NCBI GenBank assembly: GCA_951406725.2 | Contig: OX597831.1 | Coordinates: forward strand, 60,884,001-60,948,000 | Length of the DNA: 64,000 nucleotides | Origin: Octopus vulgaris | Taxonomy: Eukaryota | Reading direction: 5' to 3' | In this document: in pieces, positions 13,800 to 28,899 of the stretch | How the letters are laid out: the number at the start of each line of letters is the position of its first letter | Numbering within the stretch: the first letter of the stretch is position 1 | Made by a program: the position numbers and the translations under genes | The notes under the pieces: model-generated | What the model saw: only the letters and a program-made list of their open reading frames with translations | Told to the model about the DNA's origin: nothing | Databases searched by the model: none

Positions 13800-14659
13800 A
13801 TAATAAATATGGGTGAGTGAAGACATGGATCTTCACAAATGGTTTAGAACAGGACCCTTTTCAGTTTGCGTACCTAAATCGTCTTTTCTGAGTGGTGGAA
13901 TGTGAGAGCAAGGAAGATTTTGAGCAAAATATAGCTACACTCACGTTGATTAGAACGGAATAAGGCTGGGTAGGGATATATGATGTAAATATTATTTGTG
14001 GGATTTTCACGTAGTTGCAGGCGGTGAGAGGGGTGAGTGGAGAATCTACCCCATTTCACGCGCATTTTTGATACAAAGTCAGCAAATTAGTTTCAAGCCA
14101 TCTTGGATAAAAAGAGGGTAAATGAAGTCTATATTAATCTGAAGTAGAGGTATTTCTCTTAAAACAGAAGATTACGCAGAATATTTATTGTATTTTGGGT
14201 CTTGTGTATAATGTTTTTCAAAGAAGAAAGAAAATTCGATATATTTTGGAATTTGAATAATTAAGAATTGACTCCGTAAACGTTGAAGAAGACTTATCTT
14301 GATATGTCCAGAAAGAGTTTTATAGTTTCGGTGAATTTAAACAAGATTGGGTTGTTAGTGTTACATAGAATATCAGGAAGATGAATTATCAATAAATTTT
14401 ATGAATTCAAAATTTATGCTAAAGTACAATACAGTTTGCTAATGTAAACAAAGTGGCTAATAGCATGAATTCAGTTAATTAAGATAAGTGGAAATTATAT
14501 TAAATTACGTGAGTAAAACAAAAAAATAAAAAGTGAAATGGAATTGTCACTTGAATGGAGAAAGAAATACATACCTGGCAGCAATTCATTGCGGTTTCAA
14601 ATAAATTAAAGATTGTCCTCTGAAAACTGAATTCTCCGAAAATTAAATTTTTATTAGGC

Positions 14660-14825
14660 ACAAGACCAGTAGCTTTAGGGGAGTTGTTAAGACGATTACA
14701 TCGACCCTAGTGCTCAACTAGTTCTTCGTTTATCGAGCCCGAAAAGATGACAGGCAAATTGGACCTCGGCATAACCTGAACTCAGACCGTAAACCTAACC
14801 TTTTTTGCCGGGGTATTAACACTTC
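14660..14825 (-). mobile_element. Degenerate SINE family B copy
   Basis: gattacatcgaccctagtgctcaact...ctcggcataacctgaactcaga...gctgccgcct. Confidence 0.6.
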
Positions 14826-15422
14826 TGCAAGCTGCCGCCTTCGTTTGACACGAATATTATGATACTTATTCAAGCAATGTCATTTGAAAACGTGTGGCCC
14901 GTTATAATGTAAGAGTTTTATATCATTTTACGTAAAAACTACATTAATAGTTATAGATGATTTTCTTAAAGGAATTGCGATATTACTGTAACACGTAAAT
15001 AATTATTTATTCAGTGGGAAGTGAAGAAGGTGGAATGGATTCGAGGGATGTATCAGCTACAATAATGTACTGAATTTTTCCTCATTTCAATTTAAGCTTC
15101 CTTTGATCTTCTGTAGCAGGATTTTAAAGATGATAATATAAATAGCGGTAACATATTTAATTTTAGCTGTTTCATATAATATCTTCACATGATGTAGCTT
15201 TTAATCTCAAGGAATATTTAAAAAAATTCCAATCTGGGCTACGGATTTCAGAGTTGTTAAGACATTCGTGTTTGGAAAAATGCATTACTTAATTAAGATT
15301 CATGCCGGAACGAAATTTCTCTGAATTTCTTTCGAAGAAAACTTGTATTTACCACAGCCTTTGGTCATATTATAAATATGCTTTTTTAAAATATATACAT
15401 TATAGGCTTTGAAACTAAATGG

Positions 15423-15859
15423 GGATCTTTTCGGTTTGAACGGCAGTTTTTAACATAATTTCTAGGTAACTAAAACATTTTAAACTTCGTATACTAGTAG
15501 AATGTGTTTATAAAACATCTTTTTCTCTTGGTTTTATTGAGAGAATTCTATAATTTGTAAGATATTTGTTGTTTTTTTCTTCAATTTCTGCAATTTCAAC
15601 CAATCAGTGACGTCTATTGAGTTAAAATGCATTCTGTGCCGTATGAATATGTCCATCGTTTAAGAAACAGATTGGGTTTATTTACATTTGTGAAGAAAAA
15701 ACGATGCCCTTCCCCCACCCCTAACCCTAACTCTAACCCTAACTAACCCTAACCCTACAAGAGATTGAAATGCAATAGATAGATTCTAGGCTCATAATTA
15801 TGGGTGACAATTTTATATGACACCGCTAGAAAAAACTGCCGCTCAAACCGAAAAGATCC
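15423..15859 (-). mobile_element. Non-autonomous DNA transposon (Merlin-like MITE) with internal (CCCTAA)n
   Basis: ~29 bp TIRs ggatcttttcggtttgaacggcagttttt / aaaaactgccgctcaaaccgaaaagatcc; exact 8-bp TSD ctaaatgg; strand is relative to the 18 kb copy. Confidence 0.85.
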
Positions 15860-16935
15860 CTAAATGGAAATGTGAAAGGGAAATATTTTCAAACCAAATT
15901 CGATATCCAGACGCCAATGCCTATTACTAGCTACTTAGCTACTCCAAAAATACTGAGGCTGAACTTAATAACGAGGATAAATTATTTAGCCTCATTACCA
16001 TATAGTACTGACTTCGAAGATTTAGTTTCACCGAAGAATTCAAAGAGAGAATAAATTATCTGGGATATCAATTGCTCACATCCAACACACACGGATGTGA
16101 AATTGAGTCAGTACTGCAATGAATCAAAATACGTGAAATATAGTTTTCTACGCTAACAAGATCACGAGAAATTGGTGAATTGTATAGAATTATACATTAC
16201 ATTGTGCAAACTGATTAACGCAAGAGGAGAGTGGTTGTTAGGAGATAAGTTTCTTGGTGAGAGACCGAAAATTTTGGGCTATCATTAAGTAGACAAAACT
16301 AACAATATAATTTTCTTCGAGATCGTTGATTGACCAATTACTTCGAATTTTCTAAGAATAATTATTGAACATTAACATGGGACAGTATTGTCATGATCGT
16401 TTTATATGTATATTATCTGTATTAAATCTGATGGAAAACGAATTAAAAGTGAGATTTGTCTTCAGGTAAATTTCAGTTCTTCCCTTAGGACGCGTGTATT
16501 GAATCGAACAAAATTGGTTTCAATTATATCTCTAATTGATGTATTCCAGTTAGGAAAGTGTGCATGTTATTTACCATTAAATAATATGACGTACTTAATT
16601 GTTTTGCATTACGAGGAATGACATCTAAAATGATAAAATATACTAGGTAATCATAAGAAGTGTAGATATAATTAATCACATATGATGTAATTTAGCTACA
16701 ACGTATGCTGAGTTTTAAACCCATACATTTATTGAGAGAAATAAGATATATATGATAAATGCATCAAGAATATTTGTTGCTTTCGAAAAACGAGATTTTA
16801 AATTCGTGCCTTTTACAAAATGAAATCATTCAGTGAAGCTGAAAACAGCGAAGCAAAGAACACAAAGTATAATATATCTCAAACTGAAGAACTGTATTAA
16901 AAAAATAAAAATGCGTGTGGGATGAACACTTATAT

Positions 16936-17352
16936 ATTTCTTTACTACCCACAAGGGGCTAAACACAGAGGGGACAAACAAGGACAGCCAAACTGATTAA
17001 GTCGATTACATCTACCCCAGTGCGTAACTGGTATTTAATTTATCGACTCCGAAAGGATGAAAGGCAAAGTCGACCTCGGCGGAATTTGAACTCAGAACGT
17101 AATGACAGACAAAACACCTACTTCTTTACTACCCGCAAGGGGCTAAACACAGAGGGGACAAACAAGGACAGACAATGGGATTAAGTCGATTACATCGACC
17201 CCAGTGCGTACCTGGTACTTAATTTATCGACCCCGAAAGGATGAAAGGCAGAGTCGACCTCGGCTGAATTGGAACCCAGAACATAACGGCAGACGAAATA
17301 CGGCTACGCATTTCGCCCGGCATGCTAACGTTTCTGCCAGCTCGCCGCCTTT
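16936..17352 (-). mobile_element. SINE family B with tandem duplication of its 3' part
   Basis: tRNA-like head at the right end; cctttcatcctttcggggtcgataaattaagtacc central domain (MetaSINE-like); 18-bp TSD tgggatgaaca(c/t)ttatat. Confidence 0.88.
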
Positions 17353-18067
17353 TGGGATGAACATTTATATGTTCATCGACAACTAACATGTCAAATCAAT
17401 TGCGTGATGGCATCTCAGCGAGATAAAAAAAAACAATATGTATGTGTTTGTGAGAGTGAGGGAGAGAGGAAGAATTGAGAGAGATAATCTCGCATCGCCA
17501 AAAACATACGCATGCTCTTATGTACAAATGGCTAAATTATTGTGTTAATTTACGAGGGGCTGGATAATCCACTGACATATTTTCCTTGTCATAAATCTCA
17601 AGTAGAACCCGAATGGCACACCGTGATAATTCAGGGCTTTTGAAAATCCAAATTATTCTGAGTTTCACTGGAGAGTTTGGATTTCTGTGAACTCAGATTC
17701 TCTGATAAGTCGTGGGTCGACACGAGGATAATGTAAACTTGCTTGTAAACGATTATTATATTCGTATGTGTATATTCATATGTATACTTTAAGTGAGTAT
17801 ATATGTTTCTATTCATATGTATACATTAAATAGGTAGGGCCATAAAACTTATTCGGAGATATGTCGATATTGAATAGTTCAAGACGGGACCTGTCTCAAG
17901 CGATATGAAACTAGAATTATTTGACTTCTGGATGTTCTCTCAGTGGAGTATAAATATATAGGATTTGGTGAGTATATACACCAATCTCCATAAATATATG
18001 TCCACTGATTCCAGTATATACAAGGACGGTTAACACCAGAAAAAGTATTATCGAAAGTGTAAAATAT

Positions 18068-18519
18068 GGATCTTTTCGGTCTGAACGGCAGTTTTTCTAG
18101 CGATGTCATATGAAATTGTCATAATTATGACCCTAATATCGATCTATTGCATTTCAATCTGTTTTAGGGTTAGGGTTAGAGTTAGGGTTAGGGTTAGGAT
18201 TAGAGTTAGGGTTAGGGTTAGGGGTGGGGGAGGTTATGTTTTTTTCTTCAGAAATGTAAATAAACCCAATCTGCTTCTTAAACGAGAGACATATTCATAC
18301 GCCACAGAATGTTTTTTTATCTCAATGGACGTCAGTGATTAGTTGAAATTGCAGAAATTGAAGAAAAAAACAACAAATATCTTACAAACTATAGAATTTT
18401 CTCAATAAAGCCAAGAGAAAAAGATTTTTTATAAACACATTCTACCAGTATACGAAGTTTAAAAGTGTTTAGTTACGTGGAAATTATTTTAAAAACTGCC
18501 GGTCAAACCGAAAAGATCC
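18068..18519 (+). mobile_element. Merlin-like MITE with internal (TTAGGG)n
   Basis: Same TIRs as 15423-15859, inverted relative to it; 8-bp TSD taaaatat/tgaaatat. Confidence 0.85.
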
Positions 18520-19005
18520 TGAAATATTTTTATATAAGAAGGTTTAACAAATTGCGTGTTATTCCCATATGCTCTGTGTCGTTCATGTTGGCTGAAAGAT
18601 TAAAATGTTCGACTGAAAGAGGAAAAATGCCTTAAGTATTTATGGAGGCGTTATACAGACTGCTAATTAATCACGGAAGGTGAGAGTTGAAGGAAGTATT
18701 TTAAAATTGGTCGATTGTGAATACTTATTGAAATCAACAATAGGAAATGCTAATGCATAAACCTGTGCCAATAGGTGTACGCATGTGTTTGCAGGCTAAT
18801 GTGTGAGTGTAAATATTTCCGGTAGTAAACTTAAAAGAAGTTGTTTTTTACTTATGCAATGAACTTTAGTTATACATTTATGTAAGGTTGGCCTGTTTCT
18901 TTTTGTTTTTGTTTTACGTGTTTTTTAATTTTTATAAAAGAAAAATGCTAAGACTCATGACCTAGTTCAATAAATATATCATAAATTACTAGTGTAATTA
19001 CTATA

Positions 19006-19400
19006 GGCGTAGGAGTGGCTTTGTGGTAAGTAGCTTGCTTACGAACCACATGGTTCCGGGTTCAGTCCCACTGCGTGGCACCTTGGGCAGGTGTCTTCTA
19101 CTAAAGCCTCGGGCCGACCAAAGCCTTGTGAGTGGATTTGGTAGACGGAAACTGAAAGAAGCCCGTCGTATATATGTATATATACATATGTGTATATTTG
19201 TGTGTTGTGTTTGCCCCCCCCCCCAATATCGCTTGAAAACCGCTGCTGGTGTGTTTGCGTACCCGTAACTTAGCGGTTCGGCAAACGAGACCAAGAGAAT
19301 AAGTACTAGGCTTACAAAGAGTAAGTCCTGGGGTCGATTTCCTCGACTAAAGGCGGTGCTCCAGCATGGCCACAGTCAAATAACTGAAATATGTAAATGA
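19006..19400 (+). mobile_element. SINE family A, full length
   Basis: ggcgtaggagtggct...ggttcagtccc (B-box-like)...ccttgggcaggtg...ccagcatggccacagtcaaataactgaaa. Confidence 0.88.
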
Positions 19401-19597
19401 ATAGATGAGTGTCGTAATAGTGATTTCCTTCAAATCTATATCGTTGTACTACAAACTTTTTGCCTACACTCTGTGAATAAACAGATATGCTAATCGGCTA
19501 GAGAGTAGATCTTTCGCCCTGAGTAAGACATTTAAAGAACTGACAAAGAACATACATACATATATAGAAACAGACCGATACGCATGCATGCAGACAT

Positions 19598-19603
19598 GCT
19601 TGT

Positions 19604-19635
<32 letters not shown>

Positions 19636-19762
19636 CTCCCTCCCTCCCTCCCTCCCTCCCTCCATCCCTCCATCCATCCATCCATCCATCCATCCATCCA
19701 TCCATCCATCCATCCATCCATCCATCCATCCATCCATCCATCCGTCCGTCCGTCCGTCCGTA
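19598..19762. repeat. Graded tetranucleotide microsatellite GCTT>CCCT>CCAT>CCGT
   Basis: Direct inspection. Confidence 0.95.
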
Positions 19763-20919
19763 CGTACATGTATAAACATAGGTACAAAAGTGTATTTATG
19801 CGTTTCTGCAGTTCCACATTAGTCTGAGAGTTCGTGTGTGTGTGTAGGTTGTTTGCGTGGCTTTTTTGGTGGATGTATGTGTCTGGGTCTATGTTTGTGC
19901 GAGTGTCTATGTGCGTATTTGTTTTTCTGTCGCTCTGTAGGGAAGTAAAAACCACGTTTGCTCAGCTGTATATTGTTTCGGCGTTATACGGACGTTACAT
20001 TATGCATTACGTAATTCTGAGTACGTAGGCATTATGACGAACCACCTGAGTCATAGCTGATAAAATGATGTCATGTTAAAAAAGAATACCTTCGGAACCA
20101 ACTGAAAACTATATAAGCATTCATTCTCAGATATTCTCGGATATCCATCTAGTGTCACATAGTATCTGTTAAGGAAATAACCAAATCTCGATCGCCGACT
20201 TGATGATGTGAGATGAAAAATATACATATCGTTTTCTAGTCATCTTCGCTTCTGCTTACTGTCGCATATTGTATTCGATCTGACCCTCCCCAGTAATCTT
20301 CCGTCCACCTATTATTCAGTCCCCTAGTGTCTTTTAGTAAGACATGTGGAAATAAACAGAGAAACAGGAATTCACAAGTTTCAAAGTTTACTATTTGTAA
20401 GATATAGATTTGATAACTTTACCAGATATTTCATATCTAATCAGCACCCTCCTATGATATTATAATTTAATTACGTTCGTGATTCATAATTATCGTTCGG
20501 ATATTATCAATAATTATTCTTTGTATATTTCATTTGATGGATAAATCAACAGTATGTGGGGGGGTGCAGGCACATACTCACATACTTTAAGTGTGTGCTT
20601 CTGTCCGGGATTGCTTGTTTACAACGACTCGTATATTTCAGTATAAGCAGAAATGTAATGTTTGCCGATAAAACACACGGGCATCATTCCAAACTTCCCT
20701 GCCTTCACTACATAAATGTCCTGTTCAGATATCAGACATTAAAACCGGCGCCACTTCTCTTATTTGATCCCTTAACCGGGACATTACCGATATTTATAGT
20801 TCGACCTCTGGAGAAAGATATAGTAAATCTTCTCTAACGATTATTGTCAGGATGCCAAGATTACACGTTTCGTAATATATCAACTGAATCACTTCCGTAT
20901 AAGTGCTCTCCTCTGAGTC

Positions 20920-21410
<491 letters not shown>

Positions 21411-24369
21411 ACCTATATAATTTCTTTCGTCTGTGAGTATATGTGCATTTGCGTTTAACTTTCGGTATGAGTGTGTTGAATGTTTTATGTTTGAGTATTC
21501 CTGTGAATGTTCTGCAAAGACCTATAAATCATAGTATATGTGGAATCGAAGTCTGCTCCCTGGACGTCGCTGTGAGTTGTTGTTCTAGGATCGTTGTATA
21601 CACAACTTAATTGTTGCTATCTTCATCTCTTTCTCTTCTCTCTCTCTCTCTCTCTGTCTATCTTTCTCTCTCCATGAAACTTCTCCCTTTCATTTTCTCT
21701 ACTTCACATAATAAGCGAACGTATGAAACAATTTAGCGAAGGAAAAACGATTTGTGGTTTAGTTTGACTGCAAAATAAAGAGACACATACACTAGTTTAT
21801 CACTAGTTTATCTTCAATTGAAGGGAAAATTAACAATAATATCATTATCAGAAACGTATCACCCAGAATGCTGTGTAAAATTTATAGGGAATATTTCTTC
21901 TAGTCAGGGCTAACTGTCTCTTTATTTTCTCAAACTTTGACTGCTGCGCTTAGCAACAGTCATCGATGTAAGAGAGGAATCGCCAGTATTAAAGAGAATA
22001 AGTGAAATAAAACTTTTATCAGCTTTATCTGTTGAAAGTATTTTTATATAAAATCACGAAATTATTTGGTAGACTGATGTCCGCTAGTTTATATAAAATT
22101 CGAAATGTTTCACATAGATCAACTTGATTAAATTGTTTCGTTTGAGCAGTTTCCACACAGTTAAACAGAGTCTATTAATATGTTTTAATAGCACATTACG
22201 TATTTTCCCTCAATAAACAATATATACCTTAGCACTTTAAACTCTCACTAATAAAAGTTCCTGGGTTTTCTTCCATGGTACACCTTACTCTTAGTAACCT
22301 ATTTTCAGCAGCTGGGTATCCCATAGGGGCATCTAAATTTCGCTTAACTGTTAGTAGACGATCAGAATCTGTGACACGTCTGGTGACTTGAATCATGGGT
22401 ACAGTGAATCCGAGAGGTGTGGCAAATTTTTCGTCTATAAAGTTTCGGTCAAAATATTTGGGACTATCTACGACTATTGTAAATTATTTAAGGTAACAGT
22501 TGTAGTAGAAGGCATATTGTTTCAGTTGGTAATTACGGATAAGATATCTCACCAAAATATCTTTGTGCTGTTTAGACTTCTTGTTCAATCAGCCTTAAAA
22601 GGATCAGATGCAACTAGAATATAACAAATATTATTACAAAACCAGCACGTGAATAATATTAATCTCACTGCAGCCAAAAGCACATAGAGACAAAATAACA
22701 TCTGGAGCATCAAACATCTCTCTGAGCATTTATCACTGCACGTGAATGCACACGAAACGCATTTTTGCTATCAACAAATAAGATTTGGATATGCATCTAC
22801 TTTTCCTGTTACGAATGTATACCTCTCAATGCCATACGTCAGCAGAATATAGAGGGGAGCTACAAGTGCGTTGTATAAGACTGCACCACGTATAATAAAC
22901 CTATGTATTATATTAAATTAAAAGCCATTTATGGAGTTCTTCCGTGGAGATGTTTCCAGTTTGCATCTCTAGTTTCTAATGCATATGAGATCAATTTTTC
23001 ACCATGATTATTGTTACGGAGACGATCTCTCACTAAGAAGTAATTTTTTCGATGTTTTCTTCCTTGCAACTCCTTTTTCATTATAATCCTGGCAGCTAAT
23101 ATTTATTCTCATTTCGCTAGTGTAAGCTTTATGCCATTCTACGACATTTTCTAAGTTGTCAAGGTAATAATGCTGAAAACGGGCAGTGACTTCTTGATGG
23201 TACAACGGAATTATTTCATAGCGGCTCACTTTGGGTAGCGACAGCTTGCGCGCTTAGTTCGCAAGTTCTGTTTCAATACATTCTTTCTTCTTTTAATGCT
23301 TTACCTTCAAAATACATGCTCCTTGACGATAGCCGCAATTTTCATGATTTTCATTCTTGCCAGTATTTCATTTTTTATACACAAACATCTCATTTGATGT
23401 TGAAAATCAATGTTGAAAATCAATTCTAATTATTGAAACTTCTCGCGTCAACAAATCCTGAGGTGGCACGATGGGCATTTCATTCAGTGACATTCTTTTT
23501 ATATGTGCGAAATATCGGAGTCAATTTTCTTCAATGACGGTTTCCAGTTTCCTAGTTTCGTTTTGTGTAATACAATAATTTATTTGTTGAAACAATTAAG
23601 ACCTGTACATTTTATGTTTTCTCACTGCCCAGATTAGCAACCAAAAAGATTTGTGTTGAAGAGCCATATGTTTTGAGATACTGGATTGGAAAGACCATTT
23701 CATGCAATCAGGAAAGCAAAGCGGGCGGATCATAGTCGACTGAAACCTTATCATCAAGCATTGAAAATTTGGATAACATACCGCGAAGACAATGGACAAT
23801 AAAATATCTTTGACTACTTTACTATGGACTGTAATTTGAACAAGTCTTTTTCTTCTAAAAGTGGATATTGGGTAAGCAATTTCGTGGTTACTAAATTGAC
23901 AATGAGATCAGAGACCGGTTTAACTTACACAATGTCTTTACGGAGGCCACAGCAATATAAAGTACGCCATAATTCACTGTTATTATACGGACATGGTGAA
24001 CCTTCTCCTGCATTTGAGATTTGTAGTTTTGTTAGATATTAATGCCTTAGCACAACAACAATTTTCAGTTTAAAATGTAACTAATACTAGTGAAAATCAT
24101 TCAGTAAAGTTTAGTATTGAATATTTGAAAGTTAGATACTATGCATTAGAAAACTTAATTGCTGAAATACCCCAATAGCAAATCTCTGCTAGAGCGGGAG
24201 ACACTCAGAAACACAAAAAGAAACACAAAAATACGAAAATAGGAATAAAAAGAATTATATGTTTTAAGAAGCACTATTAATGCATTAGACTGAGGGAATT
24301 GTGTAATAATTTTGTGTAGTACGTCAATACTACTAGAAATATTCAAACATATGTATATATATATGTGTA

Positions 24370-24790
24370 TATTCTTTTATTCCTTTACTTGTTTCCGTCA
24401 TTTGAATGTGGCCATGCTGGAGCACCGGGTTTAGTCGAACAAATCGACTTATTCTTTGCAAGTGTAGCGCATATTCTGTCGGTCTCTTTTTGTGAACCGC
24501 AAAATTAAGGGAAAGTAAACATACCAACACCAGTTGTCAAGTGATGATGAGAGGAGGTCAAACACAGACACACAAACACCTACAAACACACGCATACACA
24601 CGCACACACACATACTCACAAATATACGACGGGCTTCCTTCAGTTTCCTTCTACCAAATCCACTCGCAAGGCTTTGGGTCGGCCCGAGGCTACAGTAGAA
24701 GACATTTGCCGAAGGTGCCACGCAGTGGGACTGAACCCGGCACCATGTGGTTGGGAAGCAAGCTTCTTACCGCATAGCCATTCCTACGAC
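24370..24790 (-). mobile_element. SINE family A
   Basis: Similarity to 19006-19400 throughout. Confidence 0.85.
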
Positions 24791-27332
24791 TATATATGTA
24801 TGTATTACAACGCTTGCTTTTTAATTGTATTTATCTTGTTTCCAATCTTGAATCTATCGTCCAGTTTTGTATTGTATCATTCTTTGTCTGGTTGCTAACA
24901 TTTCCTTCACTGTTTGAACTTTGTTAAATATGAAGAAAAGCTTTATTATATAAAATTATTGCGGAAGCGTATAACGTCAATAGGATATAAAAGGTAACGA
25001 GGAACAGAAATGTCTTGCTTCCTTACAAACGTACAAATAAGATGAAACTCTTTCTTTCACAAAAATATTCCTCGTGTTCACACAGAAATCGAAATTGTGA
25101 ATGAATGTCAGAATCAGTGATAGACTCATATTTATTACTATTTACATTTTCAGTTGGAAACGATATATATTCTTGAATTTTTGAAGCGTGGAATATGATG
25201 AATATCAGGACCACTAGTTATGTTTTCAACCTTTGGAACATCAACAATTAGAGCAATCATGATAAATCTGGACAAAATGTAAGCTTCTGTGGTGATTACA
25301 TTATTGTTATATGCAGAAGTAACACATTCAATGAACAATTATTTTTTTTAGAAAATGGAAAATATGCTTGCCGTTTTGATAGACAACGAAACACAATGCA
25401 GTATGTCATTAAAGCAACTTAACGAAACGAGAATAAGCAAACAACCTGTTCATACCTGTACGAGAAGGGACGAGAATTAATTCAGACAAAATTACAGTTA
25501 GGATAATTATAATTTTGATAACTCGATTTGAGAGATCGAAAGGGTGCAATAAGTCCCTGATAAAGCTCTAAATGCGGACGCCCATAAAGTCAGCGAATTT
25601 CCCAAGATTGTTAAGAATAGCATTGAGCTCAGTAATTATTCTTCTCAGGTTTTATTCGATGTCCGTAAGAGAAGGGAAATCCTCACTTTCATGAAAAAAG
25701 GCACTTCTTGGTTATAGGCAGCAAACGACAATTTAACACAACTAATTGAGGTATTTATTTCCACACTCCAAGTTTTTGCATTTGCTTATTCATTATTCTG
25801 ATAAACGACAAACAACGAAAGATGTTTCCAGCTGGAGAAGCGATCATATAAAATCTTCTTGGTTAGGCGATTTCCTATGTTCATTATTGTTAATTTCTTA
25901 TTATGTGTCCGTTGAAAGTGTTTCAAATATGTTATGTAAATATTCAGGAAATTTAAGATCCCGGTTTTAAAAGTAATAGGCAACATTAACGTGTATGCTA
26001 TAAACCAAATGGTTAGGGAATAGATAATTAGATTGGCAAAAGTATCTTACGAGGTTTGGCAATATGTATTAAATCCTTAATTGCACTTTTAATTACATCG
26101 ATTTAAACACCATACAGACAATTTTGTCACCAAATGCTATTTCTAAACTTTATCTGCAGATAACTGGTGTAATTTACAAAATTCCAATACAAAATAAAAC
26201 TAAAATGTCTAAGTTTCATTGTTATGTCATATTTTATATACTTCTTATCCGACCATCTTCCACATATTTCTTTTTATTTATTACATATATCATAACAGGA
26301 AATATATATATATATCATAGCAGGAAATATATCATAACAGGACATATCGAATTAAATATGATGCCGAGCGTCAATAACCACATCTTCTGATTGAGCATTC
26401 CAACAACTTTCTCTATATCCTGTCTTGGAATACATCCCCTCTTGGTCTAATGTATGGATCCTATACAATGACAAAATCCCGTCGACAGAACATTTTTCAA
26501 TGTGTCAGCGAAATGCACAGATAAATTCCGCTTTTGTTTGAAAATAATATAACTAACGGATTCGATGTTATAAGATAAATACAAGAACAAACAAGGGAAT
26601 AACATTTTGTCGAGACTAAGTAAGTAGTTTTCGCTGTAACTGTATTAGAATTAATCGTTTCATTATTATTATACTAATAATATATTTCCTTGGTGTTTGT
26701 TGACATTCCTGATCAATTCCGTCAATAAGTGTCATTCTTTCGTAAACGAATGATGAATGAATTTCTGAAAATAATGCAGTAACTTTCATAATCTTAAAGA
26801 CTTTTGTGTAATTTCGTTGTTTGCTTTCAGAGGTTGAGCTAGAATCTACTTTCAGGGTCCATCTCTGTGTTGTCTTCAACTACTTTAATATTGCTACACC
26901 TGGGTGAAGCTTCTTATATAAATAATAAACAGCACTAGCTTGGAAGGTTATTGGTAGCTGATAGGACAATCACGGACATATTTCTGTCGTTTATAAATTT
27001 CAATACATTGTCATCTTCAAGAAGGAAGATTTCTTTTCTTTTTCCATCACTTTATTTATATATTCATTCATTCATTCATTTATTTGGTTTTACTCTTAGA
27101 TACACCATTTTTCTTGAGCTCTCCCCCCTCCACATTAGTATGTTACAACCATTCGTAAGAAAGAATATCGTAGTTTCTCTTTTACCATGTTGAACATCCC
27201 ATTTTACTGCTTCGAGCTACAGAATGTTGCATATGTGTAGCAGTCACCATGTTGATGTCAAGCATATAACTAAATAAAATTTAATGATACCTTGGACGTA
27301 TAGCTTTTTATAGATAACTGAAAAGGTGACAC

Positions 27333-27333
<1 letters not shown>

Positions 27334-27419
<86 letters not shown>

Positions 27420-27503
27420 TGATGATGATGATGATGATAATAATACTAATAATAATAATAATGATGATGAGGATAATAATAATAATATTAATAATAATAA
27501 TAA

Positions 27504-27534
<31 letters not shown>

Positions 27535-27600
27535 TATTATTATTATCATTATTATTATTGTTATTAGTATCATTATTATTAATATTATTATTATTAATAA
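27334..27600. repeat. (AAT/GAT)n tract switching to (TTA)n
   Basis: Strand switch near 27502. Confidence 0.95.
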
Positions 27601-27785
27601 GTCCCAAAAATTTTACATAGAATGAAGCAATGAAATTTTATGTAGTGTGTTATAGTAGGTTATCAACTCTTGTAGCAGTAATTGTTAAGACAATTTAGAT
27701 CCGAATTTCATGGAGCATATAATTGGTTACGCATGACTTCATGGAATATTACATGTTGAATATATATATATCCATACATTCCTCA

Positions 27786-27833
<48 letters not shown>

Positions 27834-27839
<6 letters not shown>

Positions 27840-27999
27840 AAGGAGTTCTACAGGACTAGAACTGTTTCATTCAAATGAAGATTTCATTTGAATGAAACAG
27901 TTCTATCCTGTAGAACTCCTTCTATAAAATAAATTAATTTACCCTGCTATGTATTGAGTACCTTAATTACTGTGGTTAACCCCGACTCAACCCGGGACC

Positions 28000-28002
<3 letters not shown>
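27834..28002. mobile_element. (TA)n-flanked fold-back element (PLE pLTR-like)
   Basis: 46/45-bp inverted arms 27834-27879 / 27883-27927 with a 3-nt loop and one bulge; tgaaga...gaaacagttc hammerhead-like remnant. Confidence 0.7.
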
Positions 28003-28081
<79 letters not shown>

Positions 28082-28084
<3 letters not shown>

Positions 28085-28245
28085 GCACTGGCGTGGCTAT
28101 GTGGTAAGCGGCTTGCATCTTAACTACATGACTGTGAGTTCAGTACCTCTCCGTTGAAGCTTGTCAAGTGTCTTCTACTATAGTTTCGGGCCGACCTAGT
28201 AAGTCGATTTGGTAGACAGAATCTTAAAGAAGCTTGTCGTATATA
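28082..28245 (+). mobile_element. Partial SINE family A
   Basis: gtggctatgtggtaag...aagtgtcttctactatag...gatttggtagacagaa. Confidence 0.7.
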
Positions 28246-28284
<39 letters not shown>

Positions 28285-28333
28285 GCACAAATACACATAC
28301 ACATATACGTATATATGTATATATATACACGAT

Positions 28334-28400
<67 letters not shown>

Positions 28401-28899
28401 CAGACATATACATGTGTGTGTGTATATTTTTCGGACACGACAAGGCATTTTCTTCATCAAGTTCTAGAGTGATACAATATTTTGGCAAGCAGCAATAACA
28501 TAAGGGATTTTTTTAGCTTCTTTCATCATGCATTCGTGAGCTGATTTAAAAACCAGCGTTCCCTATTTGTAAATAGAAAATTTTAATCACACAACAACAG
28601 TTAAAATTACAAGCCTTAAACTCAGTTTAATTACTTCTGAGATCTCTTCAATTTCATTTCTTCTCGGGTTTTCATTTATATCATATAAAATTTCAATTTA
28701 AAATTACAAGATCTGATCGAATTTTAAGTGTATGTTTTAATTTTTTTTTTTTTAATCTAGGATTGCTAAGAGCATATAAAGTAACCTGATTGCATTCACG
28801 CTTTTTCCTACTCCCTAATAAAATAGCTTTCGCATAAGAAGTAAACGAAATATACGTATAGGTATATAGAGAATATTTTCTTAATTCAGCCATTAGTAA

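Noticed and set aside
15718-15757. Telomere or chromosome-fusion relic
   Set aside because: Repeats lie inside a TIR/TSD-bounded MITE present three times
25023-25338. Overlapping minus-strand ORFs as a host exon
   Set aside because: Splice-site candidates do not bound a single open frame; no recognisable domain
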